Shown piece by piece: positions 12,530 to 25,882 of a stretch of DNA of 64,000 nucleotides (position 1 is its first letter; the number at the start of each line of letters is the position of its first letter). Under the pieces are notes generated by a model. That model had not been told where the DNA came from, did not search any database, and saw only the letters and a program-made list of their open reading frames with translations. Both the position numbers and the translations under genes were made by a program. Where the stretch lies: the NCBI GenBank assembly GCA_051294905.1, contig CM119371.1, positions 38,442,001 to 38,506,000 on the forward strand. Reading direction: 5' to 3'. The DNA is from Botryllus schlosseri (lineage: Eukaryota).

Positions 12530-15500
12530 CTTTTAACCAATCAATCATAACGAATAGAATTCCTAACCACCGGGGCTTGTTGCACACACATTTATAAACG
12601 CCTGTACAGCGAGTATGAAGACTCTTTACAGAATGAAGTACAATGACATTTGAAGGGAAATTGACGTTCACGAATTCATAGTTATGGTGCCTGTCCTGAG
12701 ATTTCTACGCAGTGTCTTTGAAGTAACGTGCGGTACTATGCTCCCGACGAATTGTATTAACCTAATGAGGTCACCATCCCGCCCACAACCCCGTCCTTAC
12801 GAAATGCTAATTATACTTTCAATATTTCGTATTAAGAGTGATGCATGCTAGTTAGATTTTACAGCTATTTAAAGGTCGTTCGTTCTAGTTCTAGTTGAAG
12901 GTTTTAAAAAGTGAGTAGCTTCTAGTTCTAGTGACGCGTTTTGAAGTCCGGTGATGACCGACGGCTTTTACAAGAGTGGAATCTGTGATAGATAGCGATC
13001 CGGCGTCTTCATGATCTGGATATGCTACCACCAGTTCCGAGTAATGATTGATGAATGAGAGCCATTTCGTTCGAGTGTAATGACCGATATTGCCGGAAGA
13101 GAGATGGCGTAGCAGCCATTGCGATAGCCACGCGACGCGCCATTGTTTAGATAACGGATTCCGTAGTAAACGGTATCTCGGTTATAGTCGGCGTGTGAAA
13201 TTCCATACATCTTTTATTACCTACCGCCGCGTGCCGGCTGAGGCGAGGTGTGACTGAGGCTCGCCGTTGTGACTGACAACGGTTATTAACGGCAAACATT
13301 CTGCTGGTTTTGACCCGGGCGCTCATCGCGCTATCATCGTGCGATGGTGTCGTGATCGGCCATGTCGGTGCTGGACTGCTATCCTATATTCGGTCAAGCC
13401 CCTATCAGCCTTTATAGTGGCCTACAAGATACGCTGAGTCATCCAGATTACTATGTACATAATGACATCGAATTCACTGATTCGCGACACTGACATGGGA
13501 CCACGTATCAGAGTAACAAGCAAAGGTAGACATTTATGAGTAGAAGTGCTGCCGTATAATTCTACTTGATTACAAGTAGGAGTATCGATCTCCATCACTT
13601 GTAAACAACTTCCAGCGTAAGTAAAAAAAAACAAAGTATCAAACTGACTACAGTTTAACATTAGGCCGCATGTTTTCGTTAATCAATCGAAGATGGCTAC
13701 CTATAAATCATAGGGTACATCCTTGCGACTAACGCAGGACTGCTGATGTCACCACAAATATGTGCAATATTCAGAAATAGAGTCAGTTGACATTTGACGG
13801 GTGCTATTTCGCCCATCAGTCGCTATGAAAATTTCAATCGTATAAGTGATTCCAACATAGGTTTTACATTTCAAAAGCTGAATTGCGATGTGTATATGGT
13901 TTTGCCTATCAACGCTGTTCAGTACAAGTGGAAGTGGTTAATCCAAAATAATTATCACTGGAGTATGTAGCGCAATAGACAAAACCTACGTGACTGCTCG
14001 GAAAAAAAAGTATAATGACTTCGTTTCTGACCAGTTCGTCTTACGGAGAAGATGCCGGACTTCGACGCTCACCTGTATGTGATCATAAACACCGTCTTGT
14101 ACACTGTACGGACATTGCTAGACCATGGACGTTTTCAATGCAATAAACCTCATTTCCGTGTCAATCAAATGGTTTGGATTGTATAATTCACTGAAATACC
14201 ATTGTATGATATTGCTTCCCACAGTGACACTCCTAATGCACATACTCATATCATATACTCCTTACTTTACATTATAATAAAGGGTGTTGGCCGGCGTCAC
14301 ATTGTGTGTAGCAATATGGGGATTGCGTGATTTCAATTGTCAAGATTAACATCGCTCACTGAGTGACAAGACCCTCCCTTTTATTGAAACCAGCCGTAAT
14401 CCAAGTCCACATGCCCGCTCCGTTTTCCCCCGTTTGGAAACCGCGGTTGGCAATTTACCTTCACGCCTGCGATTACGGGATCAAGGCTGGGATCAAATTT
14501 CACATGGTGGGTGTGAAGCGCTGACAATTAATTTCTATTCAGTACAACGATGCATCTGTCACCGTTTCCATGTTAGACGGCAAAATATTTATATCCTGAT
14601 TCTATTTTCAGTATACAATATAATTTGTTCATACTGGAATAAATTCGAATTTTCGTATGACAGTCGTGAAGGGTAATCGTCAACAACTACTAGAGAATTG
14701 ACGAGAACATTGTATATCTTCTATTTTCACACGTGAACGTAAGAGACTATATGTCTCAACGCACGATGTCAGAACAACCCGGAGGTTTGGAATCGCGGGT
14801 TCAGCTTATCGCGAGCCATATGGCTCTATTCTCTGAAGTAGGAGTTTTGGATATTCCCCGAGTTACGACACCCAGTATAATTCTCCCAATACTTTATCGA
14901 TCAAAGGAATGCGGGTGCCATGCTCAACACGGTCTCAAAAAAGATGAAACAGTAAGTAGGCCGCTTCTCACACACTCCGGAAGCTGGAAGGGTCATCTAT
15001 ATTGACAAAGCGCGTCAGTGCAACAACGGTAAAACAAAGTACCGGGTGATTTGTTTGCTCTGATACCCATCGCATTCTTCTTCGATTAGCGCTTTTATAT
15101 TCCAGGAAGGAATCAATCGTCATAGTTTTATTTCCCATTGCGACGAGTGGCGACATTTCCTAATTTACGACCATTGAAATCGCGTACGTAATCGCTTTTA
15201 CCCCACACGAAGGAGTATTCAAAAAAGTTTGCAACGAAGTTCAAAATGCCTTGGTTTCATAGTGATCCGGAAGTCGGTCAGTCGCATAAGTTATACTGCG
15301 AATGTTTTATACTGTATTGATCTGCGTACGTAACGTGTTTTGTCCAAAAGGAAATAATTGTCCTGTCTATGTGTGTGGTATAGTCTCTTGTCATCAATAA
15401 TTTAACAGTTGATGATGTTCAACTTAATTTGACCGCTGATCAAATCGAGAAAAAAAGGCCTGGCTCCAATACGCCTACAATGAGTGTAAAAATTGAAAAA

Positions 15501-17179
15501 AAAAGCCTTCTAATGTACCGTGAATGGCGGAACGCGCTCAAAAATCAAATATTGTGTTGTGAAATTTTACCCGCGAAAACTGCGTTGCGTGTCATACATT
15601 CGAATCGGGGCATAAACCTTTCAGACAATATTACGAATGAAGTATTTGGACAATAACGCGTCAAAATTCTGACATAGAAAGCTATTTGAGTTGTGGAGTA
15701 AAGAAATACTACGTGCGTCGTGCGTCCATTCTTATACCTATATTAAGAATCATTAAATCGAACCAATGACATTGGGGCTATTAAAAATCCGAATACTGAA
15801 ACCAACGGCTTGAGCCCCGTTAATGTATGAATCACCATCGTATCGTATGTACCGACATTTGAACCGTCCGGATATATATATCTTACCCTACATTCCATCG
15901 TGTGATGTCAATATATCTCGCGTCCATTTCTAGAAACGTGTGACAAGCAATAGTTCAACATTTGGTTATGCGATAAAACAAGGACGTTTGATTTACGTGG
16001 GAATTAACTTTGAACCCACCGCTGCATCTTCCGGTATTTCGATTCCAAGTTTGCTCTTCCTATTTTACGATGTGACCAAATATTGGTGTCTGGAAACAGT
16101 GAGCCGTTGCGTAAACACGGAAGCGGATCCTAACGATGCATTTCCATATAATTTCCGACAGCAGATACATCTTAAATATATATACACGCTATGACTCACA
16201 GGTAAGACGGAACGCGGTCCATCCTTTGTTCATCTGTTTCACATTACACATAGGAGCCTAAATGGACATTGCGTTGCTATGATGTAAATGAATGTTGGCC
16301 TTTGAAAGTGAGTGGCCAGTGTAATCATATATATATCGAAGTAGGCGCGAATGTGTTATTTCAAAACATTGCAATGCATTGGCGACGTGTTTAGATCGGT
16401 ACGGGGAAACTTATTGCAGCCGCGTGAACCCGGGGATGACTAATTCTCTAAGCAGCCACAGTTTACAACTAGGAATATCCCGCATCGTCCAGGTCCATCA
16501 ATCATGAAGTCAGCGTTATGTTGTTTCGAATAAAAAACGAGAAACTTTCTGAATAGGGCATTTGTGATGATACAGAGACTCAGTGATATGTGCAGTAGAG
16601 CACTATTACAAATTATGACATCATCCGAATCAGCTTGAAACTCACGAAATAGCGGTGATCTTCAAATCCCCATAGCGAAGATTTGGAAGTTGGAACCTAC
16701 CTTTAAGCGCAAGATTAATTAAATTTCATTCAGGGTTGCGATAAAATTATATCGACTGCTCCAAGCGATAATATGGAAATAATTTGCAAGAAGCTTTCAT
16801 GTTGAGAAAGATTTGATAAATAAAAATACACTGTTCGTTGAATAAAGCAGACAATGTTTGCTGGTCGGTAAGACCAAATTACGTAAGATTCTTAAAGTCC
16901 CGAGGAGTAGAAAGATATTATTAAAGGATCACGCGCATCTGAGCGAGCTAATAAGGAGATACCTATAATATGATCTCACAACACTCCCTGCGGAATTAGG
17001 TAGTGTTGTGAAAAATGTACCACACACTAGCTGGCGCTATACGTAACATCTAATAACAATACCCATGAAGACTGAAGAGTTTGTTCAAATGACATAATCT
17101 GTCAAGGTTTCTGAGATTATCTGAAATATTACCTGTATTTCCTATGACTATGATTTTGTTTGCATTTGGGTATCTTTGA

Positions 17180-17310
17180 GAAGTTGCCTTCTCTGTGCTC
17201 ATTAAGTCCAATTAGGCTCTGAAAATGGAGTAAGTTAAAGATGTTCGTTTGCTTTAATCGAAACCCGTAAGAAAAATGTTGTCGAAAAGATATGATACAA
17301 ACCATCACCC
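17180..17310 (-). mobile_element. Possible Penelope-like GIY-YIG C-terminal remnant
   Basis: Reads MVCIISF...RLKQTNIFNLLHFQSLIGLNE, similar to the I-x-x-L-x-T-x-x-P-x-GLN end of Penelope endonucleases. Confidence 0.3.
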
Positions 17311-19819
17311 GTGAAGTCATAAGTTCAAAATAAAGCTGACGATATGAGGTGATGATAATTCGATTTTGTGTGAGATTTATGGAAAAAGGAATTTCGAATC
17401 AGGCGCTATTTGAAATTTTAATCGCAAATTGAAAGGGGTAAGTCAATTCGCGAATTGAAAGTAATTCCGCATGCATTTCTCGAACAACATCCTTGCCTCA
17501 TTTGCATTTGACTCATGTCATGGTCTTATCATCAGATAACGCTCTGACATCAATGCTACCCATTAGCAAGTTATTCATACTGTTGCTACTATTTGCTTTT
17601 CAATTTATAGCCGAGCAAAAATGGGGGGAATCTCTTGTTTAGGCGATTGGTTAACGTTTTGCGGTTTACTTCTTTTTGATTCATGCTGTTTTCGTACCTC
17701 TGTTACAACAATGAATCACGATAGGCGAAGAGAAGTCGTGTTCGTAAGAGGCCGCGTGCTGCAAAACGCGCTTCTAGCGGTAGATGGTAAACCGCGGGCG
17801 CAATAAATTGGTTAATTAGTCTGGAGCGTGTCTGTCCGAATTGCGAATGGATTGAAGTGTGAGTGAAAATGATGAATGACAGAACTGATGTCATAATGAC
17901 TGCGTTTAAACGACTGAGAGCGTGTAATTTGGTTGCGCAGCAAATATCTCTGATTCAAACTTTGCCTGTCGAATTAGTTTGGGCGCTGTTTGTATGCAAA
18001 ACAAATGATTTGTCCCCCGGAAATGAAAAACAAATAATCACATCATCGGATTATGCAGCAATTGGGTTTGAGTCTTGCAGAATACAAACGGGTTGATTCG
18101 ACTGAAGATTATATTTTGAAAATCCTCAAAGTCTTCATACTGACGAGAGCATGGTTCAAAGTCTAGTTCAGCGATTCCCAACCTTTTAGGATGTTGGAGC
18201 CGCATTTCAGACTTCAGAGTAATCATGGAGCCGCTTGAAAACACTCGAGTAGGCTACTTATAACGAAACTTTAAAGCTAGCTAGACCTATGGATCTCACC
18301 ATCCAGCTAATTTAAAAGCATGCACAATTGCACATGGACTTCTATATAGATTATAAATCGGTTAATTTTGTATTGATAGACGCAGATTTGCGAGAGCTAT
18401 ACATTGACATAAACGGAAAATACATATCATTGCTACGTCATACGATTAGGTCGTTATGTGGTTACTCTTCACAAATTTCAGCACTTAATGCACAAGTTTG
18501 CGGAGGATTATATGCCGAGTAATATTGAGCTTATTGCAATTTACACTTGACTATGAGCCGTTATTTTGTTGTTAGTAAAATGGTGTCGAAATTTACTGTT
18601 CACGGAGTAAGATATATAGAGGTCTATGACCACCAATATATCCTTGTCCGACGGGTATCCATGCGCTAGTCTGCAAAAATTCTCGTTCCCGGATTTCAGA
18701 AGCGGTCTTGGACCGCTTTAGACATAACTAATATCCCTCATTTTAGCATTCATATACAGAAATTGACTGTAACTATTCATAGAAATAAAATCAACTTTCG
18801 TCTATTATATTTTGTGGCATATTAAGAGGCCAATCGGAGCTGCAAGAAAGTGGTTCTCATAACCGCGGTTTGGAATCACTGGTCTAGAATGTCCCAAATC
18901 TAGACGAACTAGCCAGCGACAAAATAACTTTCCCGCATGATTACACCATTTGTGAGTTACCAATTTTCACAAATGTTTCAGTCAATTTGTTTTATCTTTT
19001 ATACGCTTATCTATGTTTGAAGTAACCTACTGCATGCTTAACAATTCCCATCGAATCTCTTTCCATGGACTAATGACAAGTAATGGCTACTATGATCCTG
19101 TGATAACAAGTAATAGTTTTAATGACAGTCTACTTCGAAGCTATCTGTGTTATGTTCGTGCATTTACATTATTGCCTTTAGAGTCATGAGTCATGACTAA
19201 TGCTCAGCGATTAAGGAATCGTATCGTGTGCGCCTATGCTATTGATTCTGCTGTTGCATTGCAGAAAAATATCTTGTATTCGTGATTCATATTGAACGTT
19301 TGCGGTATATTTTACTGTTTTACGAAGGCATGGAACTTCATTTATTCAATGTGACATGCGATTTTAAAACCAGTAGGGGTTTTATGATTGATAAGAAATT
19401 TTATAGGTTTCTCCCTGTAAATTGTCAATATTTTCTCTGTAGTCACACATTAATCCGTAAAAATCGATCATCCCACTTCTGCACATGATATCAGTATCGA
19501 AGCTTCTGCAGTTTTTAAATAGTCAAGCAGCGTTTGTCAAAGTAGTCTTCGTTTATACTCAGATAGACGTAGAAGTAACCTCGTAGAATACTAATAAATT
19601 GCAAGATAAAGTAGCTATTTCCAAGACGTATGAAAACTACTTCAAGTATAAGAGGAATATGAAAGGTATGGAAAGTATGCAAGTAACTCGTTTCGAAAAG
19701 TACATTTGTTCTATGATTCGCATACTTTTAGCAGTTAGTCGATGTCGTCTACTTTTAAAATTTTACGATGCAACCTCGCAAACAACACGAAATAACCCAT
19801 CATGATGCTCAGTATTAGG

Positions 19820-20989
19820 CAGTGGTTCCCAACCTTTTCGTCTTCATTCCCCACTTCAGATTTATTCCGAGCCTTCATTCCCCACCAGGACAGTAACAGC
19901 ACTTCCTCAGCCCCGCCAAAAAACGTTGATCTTGGGCCCCCACAGGGTGATAAACCTAACTTCAAGGGGGAGAAGCCCCCAGAACCCCCTCAGCCCCGCT
20001 TAGCCGCACTTATTTTCCGCTACTTGTCAGCTACATTTTGTCCACTGTTTAGTGCATCACTTCATCTCGACTAAACGCGCGAAGCGCCAAAAATTTATAG
20101 AATTCGTGTTTGAATCGGTCAATATGATTGAGAATTGCATATATTTTGTTATGAATTTTTTATCCCCTCTCTGCTCAGGTAATCAGATTCACCGGTAGAG
20201 CTGAGTGAGGTGTGTTGGAAATGGTAGGACCTCTAAATAATAAGAATTAAACATCTTCGGGCGGACACGTTGGTATATTGACTTCGTTTCATTATGCTAT
20301 TTCGTGACCTCCTATATATCTGCTATGTCAAAAGTTATGGAAATCGCCAAAACTAAAAGGCACATACGATTTCAAATAGGTATTTTCGTGGGGGAGGGGC
20401 ACCCAATATTTAGATATTCGGCAATATTACGGAAAAATCTTTTGAAAAAGTGGCATAAATTTCCAAATAATACCCAATTTATGTTAATTCACGAAATAAT
20501 TTTGGGCCTCTTCGAGCTCGCTCTCCCAAATTGGAGGGTTTGGGGTGCGGCAGTTACGGTCCTGTTCCTCACTACCCAGCACTTTTGTCTTCACAGAGCA
20601 ACTATTTGCTGGTTTGTAAACACAAGACACACAACCACACTAATACGCAAGACAATCGTCTATGACTGCAACATAAAACGTATTGTAAACCTATACCAGT
20701 AACGCTCAAAATTTCGCGAAAGATTTATGTCACGTCAAACTAGTCGTGCTGGATGCGTTTGTGACGCCATCATTGGCCATCCAGAGTTTAAATGAGGTTT
20801 TGTAAACAACACACAATATAATTTTCGATACATATATTCCAGAGCACTTAACTGGTAACGGTAATTGCGCATATGTCTCCGTGAATATGTAGACTGTCCC
20901 GTATATAATTTTGAACAAATGCGTCTATTCCCCACCAGAAACTTCTGAATTCCCCACCAGTGGGAAATTCCCACCGTTTGGAACCACTG
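19820..20989. mobile_element. hAT-type MITE (CAGTGGTTCCCAACC TIR)
   Basis: TIRs cagtggttcccaac / gtttggaaccactg; perfect TSD gtattagg (19812-19819, 20990-20997). Confidence 0.9.
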
Positions 20990-21159
20990 GTATTAGGGAT
21001 GGTGTGAATGTGAGGCTCACGTTCGCGTTTTGTGCGTGAACCTCGGAAATTTAGAGTTTCGCGTTCACAAACGAACTCAGGTAGGTTCTGCACTGTGAAC
21101 CATTTTAATAAAGTAAATCCGTGCGATTGGGGTGTTGGCTTCTGTGAAACCTGTTATGG

Positions 21160-21690
21160 CAGGGCGGGCAACATACGGCCAGCGGGCCGCATCGGGCCCG
21201 CGAAGGGATTTTGAGCGGCTCTCCGAGAGTTTCCGGTCATACATGAGAATTTGGCCAGCGGCTGAAGAAAGATGTCCATGAAACTCGTTTTTCATGTTCA
21301 GGTCCACGTACATTTGCGACCAAACATTTTCTACCCTGAAACGAACAGACAGAACTTCGTTCCAATCCAACTGCTACTCATATCCAGTCTTTAATAAGGG
21401 TTCTTCGTCCGAAATGCAACTATAGAGTTCAATGAAATTGTCGACAACTTTGACCGAACACAGATCTCATTGACTTCAACAGGTCTTGAAGTATAGATTA
21501 CGGTAATAAATTCATTAAATACTGTTTCTACCTGTATGCTTTTAACTTAAAATGTACATTAAGTATGATTTATTCATTGTATAGGTGGATAAATACATAA
21601 TTAATGTATAGATTCAGGAATCAGGCCCGCCAAGTAGGCTACTTGATTTTCCTACATCTGGTCCGCCGACTGGAGAAGTTGCCCTTCTTA
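21160..21690. mobile_element. Nested MITE related to 6981-8680
   Basis: cagggcgggcaac ... gttgcccttctta; TSD tgttatgg both sides; right end ccgccgactggagaagttgccc shared with 8650-8680. Confidence 0.8.
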
Positions 21691-22001
21691 TGTTATGGGG
21701 TAATATCAGTAGAAACTCGTTTTACACTCTGCTCAATATCAATGTAGCAATAGTCAGACGCCTAATGCATTGTCCGGTTTAGTCTGGACGTGCTTATATT
21801 CCCTTGCAAGCTCGCGTCGAAATTGTTGGCAAAGAGACGAAAGATATCGATTTTATGGTATTATTATGGCATTGATTTGCTCCAGTTGATACCTTTGGTG
21901 ACGTTTAAAAAGTCAGCCTGTTTTTCAGCACTGCGACATAATATGGCCTCGGTATCGTGTACAGGTACATTAATATATCACTTCACTGAAATGTAGGGTT
22001 G

Positions 22002-22153
22002 CTATTGCTTTTATTGTTTGTGGTATCCATGATGTTTGTCGACTACTAAGGTCATTTACACCAGACACATTTTTTTCAGTGTTATTCCGTAGCTGCCGAC
22101 TTGCAGCACGGCCCACCTCTGGGCTTTTATAACACACCCTTACACGTATAAAG
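22002..22153 (-). mobile_element. 5'-truncated SINE with target-site duplication
   Basis: Flanked by tgtagggttg at 21992-22001 and 22154-22163; the paralogous host element near 51540 has a single tagggttg and no SINE. Confidence 0.8.
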
Positions 22154-22439
22154 TGTAGGGTTGGAATTAGCAATATGACGTACCGTGACGTCATAGGGTT
22201 CACGTTCGCGTTCACACACAACCTTTCCAAAAGGTTCGCGTTCACACGAACCTGAACCTTTCAGGGGTTCGCACCATCCCTACTACGTTTAGATACATTC
22301 TTCGAAAGTATTTTCAGCGGCTGCCAGAGTGTCTATTTAAGGCGGTTCTTATGATAATTTTAATCATGGAAGTGATGCAGAGTTATACCAAAACTACTTT
22401 ATACTTTCATAATCAAAAAGTATTTAACCAAGTCATACG

Positions 22440-22993
22440 GTTCCGAATCACAAGGCCATCTCACTTTCATAGTCTTGGCTCGATTCAAGTCTAGTCATTT
22501 TGAATTAACAACAAATCAAGTTCGTGTCCAAGTCGTCGAGTACAGGCTAGAGCCCGAGTCACAGTGTTATGAGTCGAGTGTGAGTCCACGTCATTGTGTT
22601 GACTGTTCAGTTTCAAGTCGAAGTATTCTTAAAACCACTTTTTACAACTCTGCTTGGTGGTATCGAATGCTTCGCATTCATAATGTACTAATTTTCCTCA
22701 CTTTTAATAGTTTCTCAACGCATTTTCGAGTACTGGTACTAATAGGCGAAATACCAATAGTGTGATAACTTTACTATTCTTCGAAATTACAATGAAATGT
22801 CCGTCTTGGCCGTCCCGTCTCGTGTCATATGACTAGGATCCAGTCCTGCGCATTAAATCGAGTACAAGTCGAGTCAATACACGGATTGAATCCAGTCGAG
22901 TCGAGTCATTTCCGTACATTGAGTAAATTAATCGAGTCAAGTCGAGCCATCAAAAGTCGCGACTCGAGTCGGAATCGAGTCATTACAACCCTA
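22440..22993. mobile_element. Degenerate MITE with (GAGTC)n subterminal repeats
   Basis: Clusters of gagtc/aagtc motifs, ending in acaacccta; left end unclear. Confidence 0.5.
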
Positions 22994-25882
22994 CAGCCCT
23001 AATTGTCGAAGGCAAGCAGTTTTTGATAACAAACTATCCACGTGGTAATATAATCAACATATGAGCAAAACCATTTGGGTAACAGACGGACTGATGCAAA
23101 ACGTGCCTTGGTACTGGGAAATGCTGGATGTACTTCGTTAGTGACCTTGACCGTATCTCCATCAAAGTAGCTTTGCTACCTACCAAAACTATATTTCTTG
23201 CAGCATGTTGTTGCTATATTATAGTAGCGATCATAGGAGCATAGGAGCATACTCGTATATGACAGTAACGGAATATAGCCACGATATCCAAGCGTATCGT
23301 CAGAGAAATTGAAAGTTACAATAACAATGACAATGGCAATATTGTTTTTACGATTTACGTTACATTTTAGAGAAGCGCTCGAAAATTGTCAGCTGTGAAG
23401 CCATGCGAGAATAGTAATGCGTTGCTTTATGAGGCAGTAAATTCGCTAATTTTAGAACAAACAGCGACGACGATTTAAAAATTTACGGGTTCTGTATAAA
23501 CTCTCGCCCAGCTAGTATAAGATCGATTCATGATGTACGCTGTGTGTTTCAAATCTTCATTCATACTTGACCTTTGCAACTTCGAAATCATGCAAATATC
23601 TACAGAAGTGCGGTTGATAAACACATTTATTATTGCGCACACGAAGATTCCAATTTGTTGGCATCTGCGGTCGATGAGACACGGCTGTCCATTTCGATGT
23701 GTTTGTATAACGACATATTTTGCTTAGATGTCGGTCGGTCAATAATGCCTTAAACTGAAAACATCCGCGCTGGGCAGTTTCGGTCGCGGTTAACTCTGTG
23801 CCGTACGTCGACTCTTGCGAACTGTCACATTCCGCGTGCCTTTGTCGATATATTGTCGAACGCGATTTAACTTCGGGCTTCTAAACACTCGAAATTTGCT
23901 GTGTCTATGTCTACGGAGTATGACAACAACAAAAACAGAACGTAGTTTTAGAAGCGAGGTAACAACACGATCTTCGGAGACAAATTCGGCGTGAAAATAT
24001 CACATTTAAATCCTGAAGTTCAATTTAAATCCAGGTCCAAAAACTAGATATCCACATCTTCACAATGTATTTATTGAAGATATATTGACTATGCCATGGT
24101 ATCCTGGGTGACAAAAATTGATTCCCTGTTGTCTCTAAATCCCCGTGGGTGATATGAGAAGTATCAGGTATCAAGTTATTTAACTCCTAAAGCTATTAGT
24201 TTAGTTGTGGCGAAAGCCATTTAGGATATATTGGCGATATAATAGTATTTTGAGCATAAACGAGTTTTATCCCCTGTTTTTCCTATGTTCCCGTGGGTTA
24301 TATCATGTGAAGTTTCTGGTATTACATTGTATACCTCCCACAATTACATTACCAGCCCGTATTAGTTTAGTTGTAGCAAAGGCATTTTAAAGACCATATT
24401 CTTATTCTGAATCCAAACAAAAATGCCATCGGTCGGCTGTTCAGACGAATTAAAAAGCCGCGACGTTTACACAAACTTGACCTTAAGCTAACACCAATAG
24501 CGCCTCTAAACGCCTCTAGACTGGTGAGAGGATTATAGTAATTATGATTGTGTGTATAATATTTATATAGACAACTTATATTACTAATATAGGTTTATAG
24601 CAGGTGGAATCGACAATGCAGTACAATGGGCACTTCCACCATAGCGAGAAAATACCTTTTGTTATGTCTGTCGTACGAATCGGCTGATCGTGCAAAGAGA
24701 ATTGACAACATCACATTATATGACTTATCCACTTAGTGCGTGTGGATCACTGAGTTTGCGATTTTATATCATTGATTGTGCAAACAAATTTGTTGCGTTA
24801 TTATTCAATGAATTCATAGTTTATATTATTCATGATTCTAGATATACATATCAGCGGTTTCACGCAGGTAAAACCTTTGCAATTTGACTGCATTATATGC
24901 CCGAATACGAGTTCATTTACAGAATGATCTTCATCTATTTAAAAAGCGTAATGGGGCCAAGGACCGTGTTACATTCATTTCATTACAGTTTATTGATAAT
25001 TTCATCGTTTCAAAACACCACATGATTGCGATAAAATGAAAATATGGCAAGGAGTTGAAACGAGTTGGAGAAGTCTTTCAAAAACACACCTAGGTTTGAC
25101 ACTAGGCATGAACGCTTGAACATTATGACCACTGAATTATAGGTAACAGGTGATAACGCAAAAATTACAAGCAACGAAAACAACATGGCATGTTTCGGTA
25201 GACGAAATCAACAGATATGCCAGACCGCGGTCTGATAATCTCAAGACAGCGGTAAGCATTCTCTTAGTAATGTGGTTTTATTTTAACTTGAATGCGGACA
25301 TGTTCCACGACTGTCAGACTGTGATATACTTTATAGAGTGATGCGTTCTCTTGTAATTCATGCTAATCAGTAATTGCACGACGGGGAGGCACATGTGTTG
25401 TACTTGCAATGTGTATTCCCAGGTAAGGTGTTGTATCTACTATCCATCTATTAGTATTACAGCTCAATGCCACGGCTTCATTTGCGAAGTATTTTTCATG
25501 TAATTATGAAAAGTGCCGATTTGCGAAGTAACATCTTCATCATTTAACCAACAAAAGTGCCGCGTATAGTCTAATCAGTGCTGTGTTAACAGTGTGTCAT
25601 ACACAGGCCTGATCTGGTTTCTGTAATCTAAATGGATTTGCCAGTGTGGCAAACCACAACAAAGCAATCAGATCTGATGGGACACGTCCCTAATTACTTC
25701 CACGGGATTACTGCATTCTTTCCAACTTTGATACGTTGTCAGACCCATCAAACAATCCGATGCGCTCATATTTTAACGAAGAAGTGGTCTCTGTTGACAT
25801 ATTTTAAAACTAGTACACGTCCTGCTGTCAATGGGCATTGTCGTGCCTTGCGATGGATGTGATTATATCATATGTGCTATAC

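Larger units (their letters stand above)
20994..22282. mobile_element. hAT-type MITE (TAGGGATGGTG TIR, GGTTC/GAACC subterminal repeats)
   Basis: TIRs tagggatggtg / caccatcccta; homologous to 50676-51659; contains a nested MITE and a SINE. Confidence 0.85.

Noticed and set aside
23828..23842. cattccgcgtgcctt resembling the reverse complement of miR-124
   Set aside because: Lacks two internal bases and has no convincing pairing arm; at best a seed-type match
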